Positions 54,965 through 64,000 of a stretch of 64,000 bases of DNA are shown here, piece after piece. The DNA is taken from assembly GCA_951406725.2 (NCBI GenBank), contig OX597816.1, positions 117,800,001-117,864,000 on the forward strand. Direction: 5' to 3'. Numbering within the stretch: the first letter of the stretch is position 1; every line of letters begins with the position of its first letter. The position numbers and the translations under genes were made by a program. This DNA is from Octopus vulgaris (lineage: Eukaryota). The notes under the pieces were generated by a model that saw nothing but the letters and a program-made list of their open reading frames with translations, searched no databases and was not told where the DNA came from.

Positions 54965-55565
54965 TTCGCTATGCGACACAACGTTGTCGCTAAAATATAC
55001 AATATTATTCAGAAAAAAGACTGTCTCAGGAGTAAATACAGAGAATCCCCGTTATTGAATACATGCATAAACATCAACACGACAAATGTTGGTGGAACAT
55101 TCCCATCCAAACATCTCTCAAGTATAACCATAACCACCGGATATCGTTTTGGGGGGAGAAAGAAAAAAAAGTATGTATCAATACAGAGGTCAGCTGTCCT
55201 GCTGAGGTGAATATCTCTTTGAAAATTAAATAGAAAGAGAATAACTATGTGCAACTGCTTCGAAACCTCTAGCTTCTATATTCAGATTAGAAATTCACAA
55301 TTATACCAAAAGATATTTGATGCACTGGGTTTTGTGAGTAAATGCATAAGTGACAATGTGTATAAGTTTGGATTTCTAGAAAATGAAAGTGAGCAACTAA
55401 CGCATTACAAATACTATCTGTAAGCGGAACAGAAAAAAATGTACAGGACTTTTCTCGAGTTTTATATCGGGCATATTTTTGCTATCATGATTCCAATGAT
55501 GGAGCTTTGCATCTTTTTTAGAAACTAGCTCCTTCCCCAGAGAAAAAATTCAAATAATTAAGAAA
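54965..55565 (+). pseudogene. decayed RLE-type non-LTR retrotransposon 3' fragment
   Basis: RHNVVAK, CWWNIPIQT, EVSCPAEVNI..KENNY and DALGFV across frameshifts. Confidence 0.65.
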
Positions 55566-56623
55566 ACAAGAGGACATACATATATGCTCCCACTATTTTT
55601 CATCTCATTAGTCATTCCTCAGTTTCATACTTAGAAGCAATCCTTTAGACGAGAATGCCCGTAAACTTATCTGAGTAAAAATATTTAAAATTACAACCTT
55701 GTGGCTTGTATGTGCGTATTATGCATACGTGTGCGTATTGTGCATGTGTGTGTATGTGTGTGCGAATGCATGTGTTGTATTAAGTCATCATTTATCATAT
55801 AGATTTTTTTTTAAAAATTTCAAAACAGTTCCTTGTTATTGTAACACTGTCACACCTACAAGATATTTTTTTCGAAACTTCAGTACAAGACTTTCCTAAT
55901 TTTGAGCTCCACTTCTTAAAGCTCTGTTTACTGGCATATACATGATCTGCTCTTTTGTAGGGGATGAGTCAAACCTTTCATCTGACACTGTGTGTCAGAT
56001 AGAAGCAGTACACTGTGTTAGATAGTTGGTGTTGTTGTTTTGTAATTGCAGGTTATTTTCTTTAGTAGTGCTGGGAGTTAGCTTTGAGTTGGTGGTTGTG
56101 GTTGGGTCTGAAATTGTCGGAATGTTATTTTGCTTCTATAGAGTTAATGGAGAAAAACCTGACTTGAAAAAAGCAGCTTTGCAAAGAGGATCCTCGATGA
56201 TAGATGACTATAGGAAATATATGAGAACATGATTGTTATGTTGTTCCTTTCAGTAAGCAGCTGTTATGTTATCAGTTGCAAAAGCCAGTGATAAAAGATT
56301 GAATGTCAGTCTGGTGATAAGAGATTCTGCATTGATTTTGTTGATTCTGTTTAGATTTACTGCAATTATGGGTAAAATAGAAAGCCAAAAAAAGAAAAGA
56401 AGGAATTGAATGAAAGAAAATAAGGGTGTGTGTAGGTTTAATGCAATGTTATATATGCACTGGTTAGTCGTATGGATGTTTCTTCTTCTTCGTGCACAAA
56501 TGCGTGTGTGTGTGTGTGTGTTTGGGTGTATCTGTGTGTGACCATTAGAGATTGTGCGCATTGAGAAAATACATCCATGTTATTTCATTTTAGTCCTGTC
56601 ACATGTATCTCATCTGCAAAGTG

Positions 56624-56678
<55 letters not shown>

Positions 56679-56761
56679 GGTCCCAGGTTGATTCGGGGTT
56701 AACCACAGTAAATAAGCTACTCAATACATAGCAGAGTAAAATTAATTTATTATATAGAAGG

Positions 56762-56812
56762 AGCTTCTACAGGACTAGAACTGTTTCATTCAAGAGAAAT
56801 CATCAGGAAGCT
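56762..56812 (-). ncRNA. type I hammerhead ribozyme
   Basis: On the - strand: AGCTTC-CTGATGA-TTTCTCTTGAAT-GAAA-CAG-TTCTAGTC-CTG-TA^GAAGCT. Confidence 0.87.
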
Positions 56813-57083
56813 AGTTAACAAGAATTGTATTGGCATTTATACATTTAGGCAGGTTTAAAGGGGTGGTGGTGGGGGACTTTTTGGGGGTAGGCATAGTGCA
56901 AAAATATCACACTTATGGGAGTGGTCAAGGAGTCAGTGGTAAATTAGATAAAAGAATAAATAAAAGAATAAAAAAATATATAGAAGAATAGAGTTTTAGG
57001 TAAATAAGGAGATTCTCACTTATACATATACACATATGTATATATATACACACACACACACATATACATACACACATACATAT

Positions 57084-57135
<52 letters not shown>

Positions 57136-57415
57136 GTGTGTGTATATGTATGTGTGTATGTATATGTGTGTGTGTGTGTGTATATATATACATATGTGTA
57201 TATGTATAAGTGAGAATCTCCTTATTTACCTAAAACTCTATTCTTCTATATATTTTTTTATTCTTTTATTTATTCTTTTATCTAATTTACCACTGACTCC
57301 TTGACCACTCCCCAAGTATGATATTTTTGCGCTATGCCTACCCCCAAAAAGTCCCCCACCACCACCCCTTTAAACCTGCCTAAATGTATAAATGCCAATA
57401 CAATTCTTGTTAACT

Positions 57416-57466
57416 AGCTTCCTGATGATTTCTCTTGAATGAAACAGTTCTAGTCCTGTAGAAGCT
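57416..57466 (+). ncRNA. type I hammerhead ribozyme
   Basis: AGCTTC-CTGATGA-TTTCTCTTGAAT-GAAA-CAG-TTCTAGTC-CTG-TA^GAAGCT; predicted cleavage after 57460. Confidence 0.87.
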
Positions 57467-57507
57467 CCTTCTATATAATAAATAAAATATATATATATAT
57501 ATACGTT

Positions 57508-57932
57508 ATGGTATTTTTATATAAGTTTAAAGTGATCACTGTGCAATGACTAAGGAAAATAGTCTAACAACGGGCCCCTCGACAGAAAAAAATAGAAGGT
57601 TTTTCTATCCACGTGGGATATGAACCTACATCCCTTTGTTTACGCGACTAAGTGTGTTACCTTTACACCAGCGGATTAACCTCCCTGGTTCCTTCAAATT
57701 TAAGAGCTATATTAGTTCGTGTTTGTTTTTTATGTAAACAAACTTTCTGTATGCTTTCGGTGCGAATGGTTTTGTTATATGGTGCCGTATTTTACAATCC
57801 TGTAAATAATAATAATGGTATTTTTATACAAACCTAAAGCTTATGGCGATCACCGTGCAATGACTAAAGAAAATAGTCTAATAAAGGGGCATATAAGCTA
57901 TCGACAAAAAAATAAGGCTTTCCTATCTGTGT

Positions 57933-57939
<7 letters not shown>
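57508..57939 (-). repeat. partial tandem repeat containing a decayed tRNA-like segment (57607-57676)
   Basis: 57508-57620 resembles 57815-57939; the - strand reads ATCCGCTGGTGTAAAGGTAACAC...GTAGGTTCATATCCCACGTGGAT. Confidence 0.5.
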
Positions 57940-57991
<52 letters not shown>

Positions 57992-58112
57992 GTTTGTGAA
58001 TGTGTGTGTGTGCATGTATATGTATATGCATATATATGCACCTTAGCGTTGTATACAACAATTCCTGTCATATTTCACATGCACACACACATACACACAC
58101 ACATATATATAT

Positions 58113-58389
58113 CCAATGGGTTCTCTCTCGTCAGGCGGTCAACAAAGAGTACCTTGTGAACGTTTTGAGCGAGTTGAGGAAGAGATTTCGTCGCAAAAGC
58201 CAGATCTCTTCTACCTGGACACCTTCAGTTTGAAGGATTTCCATGGTGCCTTCACAAAGTCATTGGAGTGCTACAATAAGTACATTGAAATCAAAGCATC
58301 CTACTTTGAAGGAGATTTGAGTTTTCTATCTCTTTGAAATCCAAGCTTTCTCCTGAAAATGTCTCAAAACTACTGAATTGCACCTCGTG
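58113..58389 (+). mobile_element. internally deleted mariner 3' fragment (second family)
   Basis: AVNKEYLVNVLSELRKRFRRK and YNKYIEIKASYFEGD; ends in TIR-like AACTACTGAATTGCACCTCGTG. Confidence 0.7.
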
Positions 58390-59425
58390 TGTGTGTGTGT
58401 GTGTGTATGTGTGTGTGTGTGCACGCGCGAAGTCTTATGCCCAGCACTAGCTACAAGTCTTGAATAAGTAAACATTCCCATTTCACCGTGAGAGAATGAG
58501 AGAATCAGTGTCTTCTAATACCTCCATTAAATCGAACCAACAAATATAGGGAGACAAATTCAAAGATATTTCAGACCTTTTCCAAGAACTTGTAACAGAC
58601 ACTTCAAATCATTAGCACCAAGTATTTCAGGAATTGATTATTTTACCGATCTGACGATTGCCTTCCTGCTTCCCTGTTTGAACTTCCTATTAAAATTTTT
58701 TTCTGACGATTCTGCTTCCAACCAGAAAAACCAGAATTAATCGTCATCCTAATAGAATTATGAACTTCTAACTTCCCTCGGGTTTCCCTCCTTGCCATGA
58801 TTCCTGCATTCCTCTCCTACTGAGATTCATACTTTTCATACTTTCTCTCACTTTTCTTTATCAGTATTTTTCGCATTCCCTCCTCTCTATCTTTCTCTCT
58901 TTCTCTTTGGCTCTGTGTGTCTGTCTTCCCGTCTATCTGTCTGTCTGCCTGGATGTCTCTTTCTCAACTTCTCTTTTATACTTCCAAACATACCACCCCG
59001 TCAATTTCTTCATCTTCATCCTCTACTTCACTATTTCTTTGTTTTTCTTTATTTTCCTTCCTTCTTTCTTTCATTTTTTTCTTTGGTATTTCAATCAATG
59101 CTTCTCTTTTTCATCAAACCATTGTTCTTTTTGTCTCTTTTCTTCACAATACTCATTGTTTTTCGATCCTCCACTTCCTTTCTTCCTATGATTTTTCCTT
59201 TGTTGTCCGATCTATTTTAAAACTTCAACCACAGAACACCTGCACATTTCTTATTAACACTAACATATATAGATATATATGTGTGTGCGTGCGGGCGTAT
59301 GTATGTATATGTATACGTATATGAGCATGTATGTATGTGTCTGGGTGCTTATGGTTTATGCATATACATATATTTGTAAATTCAGTTCTATTTGTATGTA
59401 TGTACATACATATATACATAGACAC

Positions 59426-59472
<47 letters not shown>

Positions 59473-59895
59473 TTTTTTCAGTTGGATTTCAAAAACTAAT
59501 ATTTGAAATTAAGTAAGTTTCACCAATTTTGCAGACTCTATTGTCAAAAAGATGTTCTTTTTTTTTTACTAAAAACACGAGAAAATACTATTGTGAGTAT
59601 ATTTTTAACTCCGAATTTACAGAATATCTATTTTGGTTGCTAAATGCTGTTATTGATATTGCATTTATTTTATGTTATTGTTTTTTTAAACCCATTTTAA
59701 ACAATATTTGTTTTCATTTTTAACTAAAAAAAAAAAAACAATTTCCATTGAAACATCACTCCACTTCTAGAATTATATTAGCATACCAGCACGCTGTCAT
59801 TTTCAGTCGAATTACACAGTCTACTTTAAGTGATTAAGTTTTCGTTACTTTTACTGTGCTTTGCGTGGCTGTTTTATGCAAAATCTGTTTTGAAT

Positions 59896-60325
59896 CGATG
59901 TCTTGCATATTCATTCTTAATACGTTGTTGCAGATTTGAACGTAAATATGATAATCGCTGTTTCCTTTCGTCATTGGAGAACAACTTCTCCTTTCAGATG
60001 AATGTGTGTTCGTAACACACTCGATTCATTAACACAAGAGGACTCTGGGGCACCCAATGTTTTTACACTGTTGTGTATAATCAGTCAACGGCACCCTGGT
60101 CTAATGAATCTAACAAGAGAGCGTGAATATGACAATCACTGACGAGATATAATGATATCGAAACACCTTGTTCCCCAGAGTTTCCTTACGCTAATGAATC
60201 AAGTGTGTTACGATCACACATTCATCTGAAGAAAAGTTGTTCTCCTTTGTCAAAGCTCAACAGCGATTAGCATATTCTCGTTCGAATCTGCCGAAACATA
60301 TTAAGAATGAGTATGCAAGTCGTCG
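59896..60325. repeat. diverged foldback (~195-bp arms) with hammerhead-like cores at the inner ends
   Basis: TTCAGATGAATGTGTG.TCGTAACACACT.GATTCATTA is inverted at 60192-60230; CTGACGA-GATAT-AATG-ATATC-GAAA at 60139-60163. Confidence 0.75.
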
Positions 60326-62132
60326 TTTTGATACTTGCTGTTCACCATGTACATGATGATTTATCATGTTTTTGAATATTTTTGATACAAAAGCTGGTAT
60401 AAATCGAGTAGCTTTTTATCGGTTTACTCTCATACCAGTCCCATTTTGAAAAACATTGAAAGGTCCTTCCGAGCCTTAGGACCATAAATTTGGTTTCCTG
60501 GATTCTGTGGCGTATATATTCCCCCATTTCTTGACAGGACACCGGCCCGTCGCAGGATTACTCACGTTTGCCAGCTGAGTGAACTGAGCAACGTGAAATG
60601 AAGAATTTTTCTCAAGATCACAATGCATCGCTGGTCTGGGAATCGAAGCCACAATTTTACGATCAATAGTGCAACACTCCCAACTACTAATTCACACGCC
60701 TCTTTATGTCTTCCTTATAATAGTTATTGGTGTGAGTTAGTCAAGGGAGGAAGGCAGACCTCATGGTTCCGGTGAGATTACCATTATCAAAGGTTAATCT
60801 GAAGATCTAAAGATAACGTGACAAAAAAAGAAAAAAAGCAACAAAACGTTGATATGGAAAGTATGCTTGCAACTGAATGAATTGTGCTAAAGTCATTCAA
60901 GGAGCAGGTTGAGATGTGCTAGGCATATCACCCATTCAATTTCAGAGTAGATACCAGTTTTTATTTCTTTTAAAGGGTTCTCAAAACATGTGTGCCTAAT
61001 TAAGGCAATTTTAGAGTAGAGGTTACTCCGGGACTCTTGACTGATACTTTATTTTATCGACTCCGGTTGTATGAAAAGGCAAAGTTGACTTTGGTGGGAT
61101 TTGAACACAGAACGTAAAGAACTGGAAAATATATCGCTTGGCATTTTCTCTTATTCAGCCTGTCTCTCTATATATGAAGGGATGTAAGCTAACATGGTTA
61201 AATTCGAAGTGTGCTGGAAACCTAACGAAATCGTCGGATGTCCGATTCATCCTCGGTGCAACGTGAACTTGTCCTTGAGGTACCTGGCTCTCAACAGTTA
61301 AATCTACAGAAGCAGCAGTACTTAATGGAGCCGCAACGGAAGTGGTGGCGCTTTGTAATTAACAAAAGATTAGCTGTGTTGCATTTTCTACTTAAGATCT
61401 TTTTGCTTAACACTATAGAAACCGAATATAAGCAGGTGCCTGTGGGAGTAATTGAACCCAGATTTTCTACACAGTGCCATTTCATGTGTGTGTGTGTGTC
61501 TGCTTGTGGACTCTATGGTTTACCTTATTCAGAGATAATCTATCGTTATTCTAGCATTGTTTGCTTATTACTGTTGTTTAATTCCAAGTTAATCCAAATC
61601 AAGCAAATCTATAATCAATGGCGTACAAAGTTTTAGTGCCTCTAAGACTACATTATCCTGAATATATATATATATATATATATGTCTTCTCCCCATTTTG
61701 AGTTGGTGAGGTATGATTTGAGGAAAATTTGGCTGCTATTTCTGGCAGATCAATCAGCTTCCAATTTGTTAGTATAGTTAGTTTGAGTATATAAGTAAGA
61801 TGCGTAAGAAATTACAAGACTATAAACTATAGAACTCCACAATCAATAAGAAAATCATTGAGAGATTAAATCAGATTCACGGAGAGAAGCGTAGACAGAG
61901 AAAGAAATATGGGGGATATGAGATAGAGAGGAAGCAGAAGAGAAGGGGAGAAAAGGGAGAGGAGAGTGGGAGAAACTAGTTGAAAATTTTCATTATCTCA
62001 GGATAGTTTTTAAAAATCATGGTGGGTGATAATGTTTATGTTTTGCATTAATAGTTATGGGTCTATATTTACATTCCGATTACTATAGACAAAGATCTAT
62101 ACACATCGTGTTTGCAGGGGATATGTAAAGCG

Positions 62133-62230
<98 letters not shown>

Positions 62231-62303
62231 AAGAAAGAAAGAAAGAAAGGAAGGAAGGAAGATAGATAGATAGATAGATAGATAGAAAGAAAGAAAGATA
62301 GAT

Positions 62304-62373
<70 letters not shown>

Positions 62374-62560
62374 TACACCTGAACTCTTATTTCAGCCTGA
62401 AATTGGTAAACATCTGTCCTTGATAAATGAATGAGATTATCATCATCATCATCATCATCAGCAGCATCAGTATCACCATCCTCCTCCTCCTCCTCCACCT
62501 CATCATCATCATCATCATCATCATCATCAGTATCACCATCATCATCGTTATCCTCACCAT
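62133..62560. repeat. (GATA)/(GAAA) and (CAT)/(CCT) microsatellites
   Basis: Read directly; explains acidic ORF 62097-62660. Confidence 0.95.
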
Positions 62561-63156
62561 CGTCAAAATCAGGAGCAACAGCAACAGCATTGCTCTTGTC
62601 ACCACCACTTCTTGGTGTCGTCAACGTCGATGTCGTTAATATCCCCACCACCATCAACACTCTTCCTAATCGTCCTCATCATGATCATGATCGTCATCAT
62701 AATTATCGTCGTTATAGCAAAAAAAAATGTAAAAAGAAACAATACAAACGAAACACAAGATAAGCAGTGAACTATAGATGTTGGCATTCTAAAATTAATG
62801 GTAAATGAGAAAAAAAAAAAGCCATGAGAATTTAAAATACAGCGAATATTTCAGTCAAAACAGATATAAGAAAGTAAGAAAATGCAATAACGTTCCTTGT
62901 AATAGTAATTTGTAAAAGTAAAAATAGAAATTAAAAAAGAAACATAAAAATAAAATAACTAATAATAAATAATAAATAAATCATATAAAAATAAATGACA
63001 AACAAACAAGATACTCTGTATCTCGTTTTGATGCAGATTTTAGATATTTTACAAGTTTAAGACTTTGTTTCGACATAAGATTAAAAGCTAGCAAAGACAA
63101 ATATTTGCTCATCAACAACAATAAACAAGAGTATGTTTAAGTGATATTTCAATATG

Positions 63157-63209
<53 letters not shown>

Positions 63210-63326
63210 ATTTATTTATTCATTTATTCATTTCTACGTTATTTCATGAAAAGTGATTAAGTGGTGGGAGGTTGTTTTACAAAAGATTGTTTTGTTTTTT
63301 TCGCTATGTTTTTGTTGTTGTTGTTG

Positions 63327-63388
<62 letters not shown>

Positions 63389-63503
63389 ATTATTATTATT
63401 ATTTTGCAGTGTTCGTTTGCCATCGGTGTTTAACTTGTGGGGCATACGTATTGCGAACATGTGTGTACACACTCACAGGCTCTCACACGCACACACAGAT
63501 ATA

Positions 63504-63920
63504 TAGGCGCAGGTGTGATTGTGTGGTAAGAAGCTTACTTCTCAGCCACATGGTTCTGAGTTCAGTTTCACTGCGTGGCACCTTGGGAAGGTGTCTTTTA
63601 CTATAGTTTCGGGCCAACCAAAGCCTTGTGGGTGGATTTGGTAGACGGAAACTGAAAGAAGCATGTCACACACACACACACATAAGTATATATTAATGTG
63701 TGTCTCTGTGTGTTTGTGTTTGCTCCCCCCACCTCAATCGCTTGACAACAGATATTGCTGTGTTTATGTCCCTGTAACTTAGCAGTTCAGAAAAAGTGAC
63801 CGATAGAATAAGGACTAGACTTACAAAGAATAAATCCTAGGGTCGATTTCTTCAACTTGAAACTCATTAAGGCGGTACTCAGCATAGTCGCAGTCAAATG
63901 ACTGGAATATGAAAAAGAAT
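63504..63920 (+). mobile_element. SINE family A copy
   Basis: AGGCGCAGGTGTG...GAGTTCAGTTTCACTGCGTGGCACC...CAGTCAAATGACTG. Confidence 0.85.
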
Positions 63921-64000
63921 ATATATATATATATGTATGCATACACACATATACATGCATACACATATTCATTCATACTCACACAATGCACAAACACGCG

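Larger units (their letters stand above)
56676..57482. mobile_element. 0.8-kb palindromic non-coding copy of the 26.5-kb Naiad family in (TA)n
   Basis: ~56746-57105 is inverted at ~57125-57482 around a TA centre; same ~70-nt left tail (GGTTGATTCGGGGTTAACCACAGTAA...CAGAGTAAAATTAA) and same right end CTATATAATAAA as 26508-33752. Confidence 0.92.

Overview
AT-rich, microsatellite-saturated animal DNA. The SINE families and (TA)/(CA)/(TATC)/(AAT) arrays look like an octopus/cephalopod genome, which is an inference. I found no host protein-coding exon; most long ORFs in the track are translated microsatellites. The window is a stack of mobile elements: Penelope-like elements (PLEs; Naiad-, Neptune- and Poseidon-type fragments), R4/Dong-type and RTE LINE fragments, three SINE families, mariner, Tc1, MULE and MITEs. 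The most striking signal is a recurring architecture of head-to-head foldback insertions in (TA)n tracts that carry hammerhead ribozymes (HHRs) near their outer ends. The clearest cases are a 7.2-kb palindromic Naiad element (26508-33752) and a 0.8-kb palindrome of the same family (56676-57482). Both carry a complete type I HHR in each arm and have the same asymmetric ends. Unrelated HHR-bearing foldbacks occur at 38.4 kb and 59.9 kb, and a tRNA-headed one at 2.2-2.7 kb. All coordinates were read by eye, so diffuse boundaries are approximate.
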